Shown here: positions 23,251-37,030 of the stretch, in pieces | How the letters are laid out: each line of letters starts with the position of its first letter | Position numbering within the stretch: position 1 is the first letter of the stretch | DNA from: the human T2T-CHM13v2.0 reference genome, Homo sapiens | Assembly (NCBI RefSeq): GCF_009914755.1 | Contig: NC_060937.1 | Direction: 5' to 3' (one strand) | Length of the DNA stretch: 64,000 nt | Program-made: the position numbers and the translations under genes | The notes under the pieces: generated by a model | The model's database searches: none | Told to the model about the DNA's origin: nothing | Seen by the model: the letters and a program-made list of their open reading frames with translations, nothing else

Positions 23251-26200
23251 TGAAGTAGCCAACATACCACGTGCAGTAGAGAGTTGAAAGCTTTTGTCTC
23301 CCTTCTGTAATTCCAGCAGCTGCTAGTCACTGCTGTTCTGAGCATGGTTGCTTCGGGGATGCTTTACAATTAGAAACTGAGGAAGTAACTAGAAAGGGGT
23401 GTGGCTTATTTATTTTCTGGAGAAGGAGGAAATGGAGATGATTCCTCCTATTGGTATGCTAAATTTTTCACTACCAGAAGTCAAACTTTTTATTACAAAA
23501 TGACAATTTTCTAAAGGAAATGAATAGCTCTTTTCATTCTGCATATTGACAAAAACTCGTGGGGAAAAAAAGATAACTCAGAGTAGTGTTAGTGTGCTTC
23601 AGATACTGGATACGTTAGGACAAAGATACAGAGAAGAGAAACGCAAGTGAGAGACAGAAAGCCAGTGGCCAATGAGGAGGCCTCAGGGATGGGCTTAAAG
23701 AAAATGGGGAACTTACAAAGATTTGCCACAAAGGCTAGAAAATACTTACAGATGAAGTCATTGCAGAAGTCTGCAAGCCCTCTGAAACCCAACAGAAGCA
23801 GCAGCAAGAAGGGTAAGGCTGAGGCAAGACCTGTTTGTTATTAACTTAGAAATGAGGAAGAATAGGGAGATTTATGTCTACTACCAAAGAGCAGTATCTG
23901 CAAACTTGTCCACTAAAATGTTTAATGAATCCTTCTGTAACAGTCCATTGTGCTCGATTGTTCCCTTTTTGTTACAAATCCCAAAGAAGTAACCTCAATC
24001 TGCTATCCTTTGAGAAACTGCTGATTCTTGGTGGCCTCTGAAATGAAGAAGCCACAGACATATTTCAAGGAAGGGAAGCAGAAAGTAACATCAATTCCAG
24101 TGTTTTTAGAACTGAATGACTTTGGGGATAGCTTGGTTGCAAACTCCAGGCTCCTTTATCTCTTTAGTCTCAAACTAGGAAGAAAAACCTGTTCTCCCTG
24201 ACTGCATTCCTTTTCAGAAATTTCCCTGTGTCATACCCAGATGGTGCCCTTTGAACTTAAAAGCTAAAGAACTTTGTTCCCCACTGTAAATCGTCCCCAC
24301 GGCCATGTTGCTTTTCCATTTAGCCGCCAAGCTGGGAGAATTGGCAGTTCTACCGGACAATTAGCACTTTGAAATATTATACCACCACATATGTAATAGG
24401 TTAGCACAGTGCCTGGACCCAGAGAGCACTCTGCAAATGTTAGTGCTTCCTTTCCTGTGGGCATGGGAGTAAGCAAGATCTACTTACCCTCCTACCACTG
24501 ACACACAGGAAAAGGAAAGTAGGAAAGTTGGTGTTTGGTGTCCTAAAAAGGAATAGATACAAAAGTAAAAATATATATTAAAAAAAGATGTTACTGGACC
24601 CTTATTTTAAAACTTACTTTTAGATGTATAGATCATTAAGCAAAACCTGAAAAAATCAGAGAGAAAAATAAACAACAAGAAATGAAATATTAATATTGAA
24701 ATGCCTGAGGGCAATCGCCTTTATCTCTGGTTGGTAAAACAACCCCCAATGTAAAAGCTCACAGTCCACGGCATTACAGAAAAACCAAAGACCTAAAAGT
24801 GGACTGTCTCTATTAATAATTAGTGATGGTTTTAAGTTTTTTTTCCTAGCACTTCAGTACAACCCAAAATGTTATCACCTAGAAGAAAGAAGCAATAGCA
24901 GGCCTGTTATTTATACAATCTGTGAAAATAAGCACTAACCCACTCCTCTAGTCCCTGAATAAAATCAGACATATGGTGGGTATTAAAAAGCAAATGTAGT
25001 CTATCACAATTTCCTAAATTTTTGTTTGTCTTTTCATGAAAACTCTCACTTAAAGGTCATTTCTCTGTTTCAGTTTTCCTTTAAGAGATAAATTCTCTAA
25101 AACACTCTTCACCCTTTCAAAAATCCTTAAACCCAGAAGAACATGGCTCCTAAAAGTATTCAGATTAACTTAGGAGTAATAGGGCAATTTAGCTAGCCAA
25201 GAAGTAAGTGGAGACTTTCTAGCTATTCCAATAATTGTTTCCTGACCAGAAAAGGGAATAACCTATAGCTTTGCCCTGAGTTAATAAATTAAGACAAATT
25301 TAAGCCAATGTTTAAGTGAGACATCCATAATGTAGACTGCTAAACAGAAAAATAACATAGAATTTAGTTGAGATTTCCAAGTTTGATTAAAAGTATACTA
25401 AATCAGGAATCAGAAGATGAGTATGAATGAGTCTTACATCTGTGAACTTGAAGTGTGTCTTTCTGTTTTTCAATTTTCTCATCGATAACATAGGATAATA
25501 GAAATTATGAGCTTCTGTTTTTATGTGAGAAAGAATTGTGTAACTCTAATTGGATCTACATTATTATTCCATCAGATGGCATTCATTTAACAAATATATT
25601 TTCAATGCTCATTCCCCCAAAAAAGATTTTATTCATTTGAAAGTTTATCATTATATATATCCAAAATCTGTGGTGTATTTGGAAGGAATAAGAAGGGTTA
25701 AATCTCAGGTATTACAAAGCCCCCTTTATTCCTCTGACCTTGCAACCCTTAGTTCCGGAAGCAATGCTTAGCCTCTCCTCAAAGAATGCTTGATCTCACT
25801 TGGGGAAGGGGAAAAGATGCTTCTAAATTTAGTCTAAGTGGATTTAACATATGGCATCATACCTTCCTGGGTCAAGAGGTCCCAGGGTTTCTGGAAAACT
25901 GGAAAACAGATTTTACTGGGTGGTGGAAATTGGAGAGGGTAGGCCATTCAGCTACTTGAAGAAAAACAGTGACTTGAGGATTTATTTTTCCAAGCTAAAT
26001 TTCGAAAAGAAAGCTATGCCCTGATGCTAAAAGGCATCTTGATTTAGGCTTTTGAGATATTTCCCTGATGGCTCTAGGATATATTAAATTATTTGGCATC
26101 TGGTCCATGTGGACTCTGCTCCAATGGAGTTAAGTCAGGCTTCGACCTGCCAAATTATCCTTATTGGATTTGAGGATAAAAATAAATAGAAACATAAGGA

Positions 26201-27764
26201 GGGTTAGAATAGAGGTTTTCTTTTAAAAAGCCAAATGGTCAAAATCTATGAAAAGGCAAAAGAGGAAATAATAAGGAAAAAATAGTAAAATCTAATAAGA
26301 CTTCTAAATTAGTAACAATTTTTAATGAAGAATGTGACTCAAATCTGAACATTTTCTTAATAACAAAGTCATCCCATTACTTTTAAGCGAACATGGCTGG
26401 CACTGTATTAGCAAAAGATAGCGATGTGTATTTCTGTGAACCATTAAATAGCCAAGAATGAGAAACAGCTATGATCTTCCATATTTCCTTATTGCTTAAG
26501 TAAGCTATAAAGATTCAAAAGACACAGAATCTGCTCTTATGTCTGTCATGGGATATCCATAATTACTAACTTTCCTATATAAGTTTTTTGTTTTAATTTT
26601 TTTCCCCTAGTTGCACCAAAGGCATAAAAAGAGGCCAGGAAACTAACAGTTAGAGACAGAGATGGAAAGGTGTAAAATCCAAAAAGAAGGTGCATATTTG
26701 GGTCTGTGCATTGAAAACGACTGCAGTGGCTGCCGTTCTAAACTATGTGAATAGTGCCATCTAATGCATTACTTAAAATCAGCAAGTATTTTGGGAACTT
26801 AACATTGGGAAACAAGAGAAATTGAAAATAACCACCTAATTAGAAATGCCATCATCAGGATTTTACTTCAAATTATGTTGAATGAAGTATTTAAATGAAT
26901 CATGGTTCTTGGGTCTTATTATTATTTTTTAGCACACCAACTGAATTTATTTACAGAATACCTGCCACACTATCTTTTCTCATTTTTAAATAATAGATTT
27001 TTTTTTAACCAGTACTGTGTAGGAAATAGTATTTAAATTCAGAAATTTGTTAATTTAGGATTATTTTGTAGCTTGGAGAAAATAAGTAATCAAAGTCTAG
27101 ACCTAGAAAATATCCAACAATTTGTCTTTACTCAACATTGGATGTGATTAAAATGTCAGATGTTCTGTTAGAAGCTATCAATCCTGTATTCACCATGGCC
27201 ATTTTCATTGCTTCAAGACTAGAAAAATTTTGAAAACCTGTTTATAATGAACGAGGTAGAAGAAGCATATCTCACACATACACACACGCAGGCACACATA
27301 CACAATAACAAGACTTCCTCTTGTCTTCATATAAGGAATATTTGGGAAAGAAATAGTTAAAAATGTATGAAACACTTCTTATATTGGGATTTTGTTAAAT
27401 GGCTTTACTAAAACTTCAAATGAGTCTGGCACAAACATTTATATAAAATTTATAAGCAAGTTGAAGTAGTCCTGTATTCTTTTGGTTTCACTGCCAGGAA
27501 ATAGCTGATGGTTATCTTGATGCGACAATTCCCACCCCAGAGAAACTGAAAATTCTATTTATGAAGAAAGGATGCGTAGTGGGTCAAAGGAGAGATGGTG
27601 CAGTAAATTTGATAAGTTTGGAGAAAGAGTACTGCTACAAACTTCCCCAGCTTTGGCTGAGATCTATACTTCACGTTAGCTGAAGATATGTCAAGGTCAA
27701 GGATTTAGAGGCAGTTGTCTACATCGACAGTGGTAGAAAGTTTAGAAAATGCTAGTATTTCTGC

Positions 27765-28275
27765 GTTCATTAATTCACTCAGTTTGCTGAGCTGAGAACT
27801 GTGAGAGATGCAGAGATCAATGAGATGGTATTTCTATGTTTCGAAACTTTCACAGCAGTAGGAGAAAGAAGATATCTTCACAAACACAACACATATAACA
27901 GAATTTGAAAAGGGTACGGAGCTTAGCAGAACAGGTGTTCAATAATTATTTTTTGAATATTTGAATGTGTAGGTAATTGTTTGGATAAATGAATACATGA
28001 ATATATGATGGAGTGCCATAAGAGAGGTCATGGGGGTTCAGAGAAAAGACAAATTACTTATAATTTTGATGAGATGGGAAATGGAAAACGGATACAGGAG
28101 ATTAAGATAAAACATAAGGTAGAGTTGGTGTTTGTGCAACATTGAATAATTGGTAATACTAGCTCAGGTAAGGATGAGAGTAAGGAAGGTCAGTGTAGAC
28201 AGAAGAAATAAGAAAGGCTCAGAAACAGGAATTTATTTGAAATAATTTTATTTCTGTTTGCCTGAGTGACAGATG
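27765..28275 (-). mobile_element. L2 fragment(s)
   Basis: ttcattaattcactcagtttgctgagc..., then purine-rich L2 body; appears to resume after the L1MB at ~29.9 kb. Confidence 0.55.
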
Positions 28276-28294
28276 ATATTTTTAAAAGAGAAAA

Positions 28295-29880
28295 ACCACA
28301 ACTACACACCATTTACAAAAATTAAAATAGATCAATGACCTAAATACAAAAGCTGACAGCTATCAAACACATAGAAGAAAATGTAGGAGCAAATCTTCAA
28401 AGCATTGGATTTGACAATGGATTCTTAGATATGACAACATACGCATGAACAACAAATAGATAAATTGGACTACAGCAAAATTAAAGACTTTTGTGAATCA
28501 AAGGACATTAATAAGAAAGTGAAAAGAACCTACGGAAGGCAGGGAAATATTTGTAAATAATATATCGGACAAAAGTCTGGTATCTAGAATATACAAATCA
28601 CTTAGAGTTCAATAACAAAAAAAAAAGGGAAAGGAGTTAAATAAATATCTCTCCAAGGTACATAAAAAGATGCTCAAGATCATTAGCCATTAAATAAATG
28701 CAAATTAAAACCGAAATGACATGCCACTTCATACCCACTAAAATGGCTATAAAAATAAATATATGTTGGCAAGAATGTGGAGAAATTGGCACCCTTGTAC
28801 ATTGCTGGAGGGAATGTAAAACCTTTGAGTTGTTGTTAAAAAAGTAGCTTGGTGGTTTCTCAAAAAAGTAAACGTAGAATTGCCCTATGACCCAGCAATC
28901 CCATTCCTACTTATATATGCAAAAGATACAAAGCAAGTACTCAAATACATGTACATGCATGTTCATACCAGCTCTATTCACAATAGCCAAAAAGTGGAAA
29001 TGACCTAAATGTCGATCAATGGATGAATGTTTAAACAAAATGTGGCATATCTATGTAGTGGAATATTGTTTGGCCATAAAAAGAAATGAAGTTACTGATA
29101 CATCAGTAAAACTGGAAACATTATGCCCTGCATCAAAAAGTCAGACAAAGGTCAATAATTTGACCTGCATAATGACTTAAACAGTCAAAACTGTATAATT
29201 TCATCTATATGAAATATCTAGAATAGATAAATCCATAGAGAGAGAAAACATATTGGTGATTGTCAGTGGCTGGGGAGGAGTAAATGGGGAGTGATAAAGT
29301 TTGGATGTCTGTCCCCTCCAAATCTCATGTTGAAATGTAATCCACAGTGTTGGAGATGGGGCCTGGTGGGAGGTGTTCAGGTCATGGGGGCATATCCCTC
29401 ATGAATGCCTTAGCAACATCCCGGTGGTGATGAGTGAGTTCTCGCTCTGAGTTCATGGGACATCTGGTTATTTAAAAGAGTCTGGGATCTCCTGCTTCTC
29501 TCTCTTCCTCCTGCTCCCAACTTGTGATGTGCCTGATCCCCCTTCACCTTCCACCATGAGTGAAAGCTTCCTGAGGCCTCACCAGAAGGAGATGCTGGCA
29601 CCATGCTTCTTACACAGCCTGCAGAACCATGAGCCAATTAAACCTCTTTTCTTTATAAATTACCCAGCCTCAGGTATTTCTTCATAGCAAAGCAAAAACA
29701 GGCTAACACAGGGAGTAACTGCTCAGTAAGTATGGTTTTCCTTTCGGGGTGATGAAAATGTTTTGCAACTAGAGACAGGTGGTTGAACAACATGTGACTG
29801 TACCAAATGCCACTGAATTGTTAACTTCAAACTGGTAAGTTTTATGTTATGTGAATTGCACCTTGATTAAAAAAATAAAG
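28295..29880 (+). mobile_element. L1MB 3' region, interrupted by MSTB
   Basis: ORF2 C-terminal and 3'UTR motifs (tatgacccagcaatcccattcc; ggggtgatgaaaatgttttgcaactaga), poly-A near 29870. Confidence 0.9.
29292..29710 (+). mobile_element. MSTB solo LTR
   Basis: tgataaagtttggatg...ggctaacaca; 5-bp TSD gggag at 29287-29291 and 29711-29715. Confidence 0.9.
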
Positions 29881-30469
29881 AAGAGGGCAAAATTTAAAAT
29901 CGAAGGTAAGTTGGATAACTTTTTATTCACTGCCAATAAGACGAACATGAAAGGGAGAGTCACTCACTATAGGTTGTTGGTTAAAAGAGTGACATGGTCA
30001 CCTCTATGCTGGGGGAGGTTTGAAGCAGCTGCAATGTGTGGCAGAGAGTGGATGAAGTGACAGGGAGCAAAGCTACCTTTTCACAATTTAAAAACTAGTT
30101 CTGCAGAGGTCTATAAAGGTCCAAGCTATGCTGGTAGCTGCAACAGGCATGGAAAGGCTAGACTGAATGTCAGAAGTTAAGAAAGTCGTGTGACATACTC
30201 AAACCAATCCATCTAATCTATCTACAGTGGGGGTATAATTTGCAGAGAATGACTCATTATTTTTTTGTATAGTTGAATAATATTGCCTAAATTGACAGAA
30301 AAATGCAATTGGAATGGCTCTCACTGGAAAGCTGTGTAGAGGGTTATTCCATTCATTCATGTGCGTGAGGCATATGATAGAGCAATCACAACTGTAATCA
30401 TATTTTACTATGCACCTCTGAAAGTTTCCATCATTATACTCAATTTCTTCTCTCATGGTGAAGAACAAA

Positions 30470-30800
30470 AGTATTCTCTGAGCAAATATTTGTTGAATAT
30501 ACACAGTATGCACAGTGATAGACACAGTTCAAAGAGGGGGAAAAGTTAGGCTTACACTCTAGTGGAAGATAAGTCAACAGGAAATAATAATGTAATTGAG
30601 GGGAAGGATGAGGGTAAGTTCAGTAAACACCAGATATGGGAAAAGACAGCTGAACCATCTGGGATATGAGCAGAGGCAGGTGGTGGGCAGGGGAATGGGA
30701 GTGGGAAATGGGTTTGGGCTCTGGGAAGTCTTCTGCAGAGGAAGTCACAGCTGAGACCTAGAGGACAAGACCTATTAAACAGAGTAGGGCAGGGTTGGGA
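30470..30800 (-). mobile_element. L2 fragment
   Basis: agcaaatatttgttgaata...ttacactctagtggaag...gaagtcttctgcagaggaagtcacagctgag. Confidence 0.55.
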
Positions 30801-33800
30801 GCAGAGGAACCTCCGTGATTTCTGTTCAAGTACCTGAGTTAGCGAGAGAAGTGTTTCTGTAGCAGGAGCCTGCTACCAATGGAGAAAGAAACAAGTGTCT
30901 TTACCTAAAAACTGGCAGGCAGGTTTTATCCTGCAGGTGGCAGAACTTACATTTATGTCAGCTAGAAATGACAGTATGCCATTTGGGGGCCTTACAGCTG
31001 CCTGGACTTGGGCTGTCATCAAAGGTAACTAGACTGGGTGCCTGATACTGGTGAGCCCTCACTTGTAACTGTCCCATAAAAACTCCTCCTGATTTACACT
31101 TGACTTACATTCACATCCACATCCCAACTCTTTAGTTCTAATTACGTAAGGATTTTTATATGGTTCCTTTCAATGGTTCTATCTAATTGGGTTTCTATCT
31201 TTTCACTATATTGGATTGCTTTTAATGTTTACATTAATGAATAATGTTTTTGCATATTTATTTTTTTCCTCTTATATTTTGCTTTTAAATGAGGAATAGG
31301 AAGCAGAATGATGTTGAATATGATGAACAGCTTTCAGTTCACACAAATTAATCACTTCCTGCCTACCGGTTGTTTTTTTCTCCACCAAGTCCCCACACAG
31401 CATAGTAATCCTATTAGAAAAAATAATGTTATTTTGAAAAATATCTAAATGCCTTCTTTTAGAAAAAGACTCAAATAACTCTTTATTTCTAGGGCAGACT
31501 TTATGCCAAGTCTCTGATAACTTTTCCAGTCAGTTTCCAAGGAACTCTCCATTTCACTGTGGGCTATGAACCTGGATTTTCTAGTTTTAACTATATATTT
31601 CCTTCACTACTTACATAAAATATAAGTTGGTGGAAATCACCATATCCTAGCTATGCTCTACATGTGGGTTATGGATGATTCATTTGCTATTATTTTGATA
31701 TGTATGGCTTTTCAGAGAAGGTGTAGGAAGATTCAGATTCAGGTGGCCACCAATAGCCTATGAGAACCTACACATTCTTAAAAATATGATACAACTTGAA
31801 TTCTAAGTTCTAAAACTGAATTGAGTGGGGAATGTTTTAAGAATTATGAATTTCTTTACAAATGTTTTCAAGTAAGAAACATTAAACCAAAGTATTTATT
31901 TCAAAACTACTGTAAGTTCTATGTTGACTGTGGTGGTGGCTACAAATCATTACTGTAGCATAGATTTTTAAGATTATTGACCAGCTGCTGTAATGGGTTA
32001 ACTTAGAAATAAGCAGCCATTTTTACTTTTTGAGTAGAAATTTTATTTTTTGTATGTACCTCCTAAAGGTGAGAACTTACCCCAACGACAATAAAAATTG
32101 AAGAAAATATATTTCTGATGGTTTGAAAAGTAACTCTCACCAACTTTGTTTTTCTCAATACCTTTGCTTTCCCTAGCCTATCCTCTTCCCCATTCTCTTT
32201 CTGTCTTAATTCTGTAAAAGATCCTTACTTCTTCCCTCTCAATCATTATATCTCTCTCTTATAGATATTAGAAATCCTAGCTGGGGAATTGTTCATTCCC
32301 ATGGAGTGTAATCACATTTTTTTTTAGATTTGAAAGTTGTTCTCAATCATAAAATGATTAATAAGGCCTGCTATATTAAGAATTTATGGCTATGATCAAA
32401 TTTTACATGTTTGGAATCAAAAACATAAATGCAAAATAGCAGACAGTGACTTCTGTACCCATCATCTGTAAGGAAATCACTTCCATTACACAAACATTCT
32501 CACTAAAAAAAAAACTTACATTCTAAATAATTACTTAGTTACATTTCTGTTAGATGTTTGGATATTCTTTTAATATCTTCTACTTTTGACTAATGGTCTT
32601 GGGGGGGAAATAACTTGATTCTTCTCGTCTCATTTTAGACAGTGCTAAACAGAGTTCATGCCACTTGGCTATAGACTTAAGAGAGATACTTACAAAGAAC
32701 AATAGACCTTGTCACATTTCAGCATTACAAAAGGTAGGGAGAAAAATAAGGGAAGGTTCAATTCTTCCTGCCTTTATTCATCAGGCTGATTCTTTCTTTG
32801 TGATAACTGTTCTTGTAGCTCCTTTTTTGCCTCCCCAGTTGGTCAATTCTTTCCCCAAAATTTTGTCTATGCAGTAACAATTACAACCCAAAAGCTATCA
32901 GCTCACCGTCATCTTCCTGCAGGGTTCTCTTAGCTCTGGTCTATTTGGGGGAAAGAGAAGATAGTTCTGTTTCCTACTGAGTCATTTCTATTCTGCACTT
33001 CTTTCCTAACCCCATCAGAGACTTCTACCCCTTGGCTAGCAATCACCTCCACCCATTCACACCCCCAAAAATAATTAAATTAAGGTTATGTATAACATTT
33101 TTTACTGGAGAATTGAAAAAAACACTTAAACTATTAAACATTCTATCCTCAAAATTCTTTTCACCCTCCCTATCTCGAGAGGCTGTTTCCTGAGTGTCCT
33201 CTCTACTTGGGCAAACTCCTGCCTTATTGCAAGGCCTCATCTGTCCTTCTCACTTCCAGGCAGCTCCCCGCTGTCTACTTTCTTTTTATTTTGTTTAAAG
33301 CCAATTTACCAATCTTCTGTTTTGCTGTCTCCTTCCAAATCCTATACGCATTAACTCCCAAGGTTAGACCGTTAACGTATTTTCTTAAACAAAAGACTCC
33401 AGAGAAAAATTATGCCACCTCCTTAGGGGCAAAGGCAGTTATGTTATTTGTAGTTTTAACTAGCATTTTTTTTCTCTCTGTTACTTTATGTTATTCAACA
33501 ACGAATGTAGTCCTTTACATCAGGGTCATCATAACCAAAGACTCAATGAATACCCTTAAGCTTTAGAAGTGCTTTTGCAAGAGAAGAGATTTATAACAAC
33601 CTAACTCGGGGTTATAGGAAATACAACAGTGATGAAAGAATTAAAATACTCATTTTCTGTTGCAATGTAATTCAGGGATTTTAAAAAGGCAACACTCTCT
33701 TTTTCCAGTTCCAAGGTGGAGAGGTGCAGAATCTTTAAGCAGACTGTGACTAAGTCATTAATGGAACAGTACACTAAATAAATTAAATAAGCAAATGGCT

Positions 33801-34159
33801 TGTAAAAGTACAAGGCAATCATGGTTATGATTAGAGAAGCTTAGGTGCAGAACACCCAGAGAGAGCGCTGACGGAAGTATTAAAGACTCCATATGTGGCC
33901 CACCTGGCTGGGGAAAAAAATCTGGAGAAACAGTCAAAGGAATAAATCAGAAAAGTAGATCAAAAAGAAACTTTGAGAGTAAGATCAATGTAAGTAAATT
34001 AAAAGACAAGAAAAAAACCTTTTATATAACATGACCAAGATTTTGAGGGAGCCAGCTATGTAAGATGACAATAGCTTTTTTTAAAAATACCCATTTGTAT
34101 CAAGAGTCTATGTATTTCCCATGTATAATTAATTCGTGTATTTATAAGTTGTCTTAAAA

Positions 34160-34690
34160 TGTAGCAGTCAATCAGTATGGATTCAAGGTGGCAAGCAACA
34201 GAAATCAACTCAACTTTAAGCAAAAAATAAAATAAAATTTACTAAAAGATATCCAATATCTCAAAGACTTGATCTGAGGGGAGGGCGCTGCAGAATGAGT
34301 TTCAGAAATGGGTACTACCCAGGGAGAGGAGGTGGCTAAAGACTTACCACTGAAAAGTGTGATTCGGATGCTCTTTTAGGAGCACCCCCAATGGGTACTC
34401 AAGTCTCCTCCGATGCTTCTACCACCACTCTGGAAAATTTCTCACCAGTCACTTTTCTTCTTGAGATTTAAAGTTCAAAGTCTCAGACAAGAACATTTCA
34501 TGGGATGAGCCTATGTCACATGACTGGTTCTAAAGAGAGAAACAACCATGTCTCTTACCACAGCTCATATAGACTGTGCGTGTGTGTGTTGGGGGCCTGG
34601 GGAGGATTCCTCAAATACAGAAGCCCCTTCTCCTTACCCCCACCACCAAGTAAGACTCATCAAATAGCTTCCATGAAAACAGAATATTTG
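34160..34690 (-). mobile_element. Old MLT1 (K/L/N-type) LTR
   Basis: ggtggcaagcaacagaaatcaactcaactttaagcaaaaa...tgagcctatgtcacatg. Confidence 0.6.
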
Positions 34691-34819
34691 ACAGTGCATT
34701 CAATTTAATTTAGTTGGATTGATGAATGGAAATAGCTAGAATTCAGTTTTCCTGTTTGATCTTCCATCACAAAACGAAGATGTAGGGTGATGGCTGGGGG
34801 AGGAGAAAATTGAGGTGGA

Positions 34820-35055
34820 GAGGGCTAATGGTAAAGGCTCTATAGTCCAAGATTTAAATCTCAGTTACAACATTTACTATCTTTGAACTTGGGTAAATCT
34901 ATTACAGCTTCATATTGGTGATGCCAAAAACAAAAATAAAAATGCTGTTCACCTCATAGATTTATTCTGAGGATGAAATGAAAAAATGCATATCACTCCC
35001 TTAACGTGTTGCCTGGAATATGGGCAAGTGCTCGTAAAGTGTCAGCAACTATTAC
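34820..35055 (+). mobile_element. MIR
   Basis: tttaaatctcagttac...ctttgaacttgggtaaatc...tctgaggatgaaatgaaaaaatgcat. Confidence 0.7.
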
Positions 35056-36769
35056 CACTTAGACTATGCAGCTCCACTTTCCTCCCACCGTGGTGCCAAC
35101 ACATGCATTACCAGAACAGCTACTTTGAATAAATGCCTAAATTTTTATATTCCTCTTTCTCCCAGAGCTGAGGAGAATCTTGACACCAGGCTTCTGTGTC
35201 CAGTGATCTTGACTGCTTTTTGGAGTTTGTCTAGTTACCCTTCTTTATCTTAAGGCTCCATCTCCTCAACATATTATCTTGTGAATAAAAGAAATTCTGC
35301 CTTCATCTGTATTCTTGAGTTCCATATTTGGTTTAAAAGAAACACACCCCAACAGCCCTTTCTAAGACTAGCGCTTTGTTTTATCTTGTAAGCCATTTTG
35401 CCACCAATCTCAAGCATCCTAGTGACTGGATCCTACTACCATGACATCAGCTCAGAAGCCAGATGGACTTGGCTTTGAATCAACCTCTACTACTCATAAG
35501 TTGTGTGACCTTAGACAAGTTTGCTAACCTCTCCAGGACTCATTGACATCATCTGTATAATAAGGATGCTAGTGAATCTGGCACATTAAAAATGCCTTTG
35601 ATTGTTATCTCAATAAGTGCACTTAACTATGAGTAGTCCGAAGCTTCTGTCAGGATACTGTAATGGAAAAGGCTCTATGGTGTGCTCTGATCAGAGGTTA
35701 CAATAAGCTAATGGAAGATATAATGGTTAGTGACTCTGTAAGAAACTAAGATTAAGATCACTCCATTCAGGCACTTTATAAAATTATCATAAGACCAATG
35801 GAGAGAAAGCCCTCTTCCAACCTCAGCCAGCACCATGTGGATCATAATGGGAGATATAACAGCAAGATGACAGGAAAAAGACAACATCACAGTCAAACCC
35901 ACACAGGATTGAAGCCCAGGCTCTCCCAGGCTTTGGGAAGTGTCCTCTCCAAAGAGATGGTCTCAAACCTGGCTAGACAATGGAATCATTTGAAGACTTT
36001 TTCAAAAACATCAATCTCCAAGCCCCATCATCAGAAGTCTAATGTGGAACTGCATTAACAGGGAAAATAAATATAATTTAAAATATAATTTTATATTAGA
36101 AAGGCAGAGAGAGAAGGAAACACTATCCAGGGAAGTTACTGATCGAGATCATCTAGATCATTTGCCCACTTCCTAGAAATACTCTGAAATCCATGCAGAA
36201 AGATAAAAACCCTAAACAAGTTCTTATGGGTTCTATTGTTGATGTGTTTCCAATAGCTCAAAACCTTTACAATTAAGAAACTCTTACTAGAGTTTAATCT
36301 AAATCCCTTCTATTGAAAGATAAGTTCCATTATTCTAGCTCACAGCCTGTTTAGCTCAGAGGATATAAGACTTGCCAGCAACACTCAGATGTTGCCCCTC
36401 TCTTGAAGTGTCACCCAAGTTTACATAAGGTGAGTTCCTTTCATGCGTAATGAAATTGTGTCACCATTTCTGCCAGGCTGTCCTAGGAATCAGCTCACGA
36501 GCCACTCAAAGCAGCATCCGTCTTGTCTCCTAAGCCAGGTTCTGTTGTGAGAGCAAGCATCTCTGTTCCAAGGGCCATCAGGTGGATGGGATGGCAGGAC
36601 CCCACATTTTGGTTTCCACTCAGAGTAACCATTACACTGACCACAAGTCCCTGGTGGTAGCCTGACTTTATTAAACTTTTCTGCCAAGCCTGGGAAATGA
36701 GAAATGAGTCTTTGGCAATCTCCAGTCTGAATCAGTGCGCATTTAAGCCAAAGCATGAAATATAATAGC

Positions 36770-37030
36770 TACTGTTACTGAGCATCTAATAGATGCCAAA
36801 AATGTCATAACAATTAAAGGAGAAAATTTATGTACACAGCCTACTGCCAAGCACATAGTAATCTCTATAAATAGTGACTACTATAAGCATTACTGCTAAT
36901 CCCAAAAGTGGCCTTGAAAGGGTGCCATGATTATCCTCATTTTACAAGGAGGAAATCAAGGTTCAGACAGCTTCCATAACTTGCCCAAGGTCATACAGTT
37001 TGTAAATGGCAGAGCTGCCATTAAACTCGG
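36770..37030 (-). mobile_element. MIR
   Basis: attatcctcattttacaaggaggaaatcaaggttcaga...aacttgcccaaggtcatacag. Confidence 0.8.

Noticed and set aside
26753-26768. CTCF-like TGCCATCTAATGC (also at ~54047-54059)
   Set aside because: Mismatches in the conserved CCAC part of the core; insufficient without data.
27691-27699. ERR/SF-1 motif TCAAGGTCA
   Set aside because: A single 9-mer is expected by chance in 64 kb.
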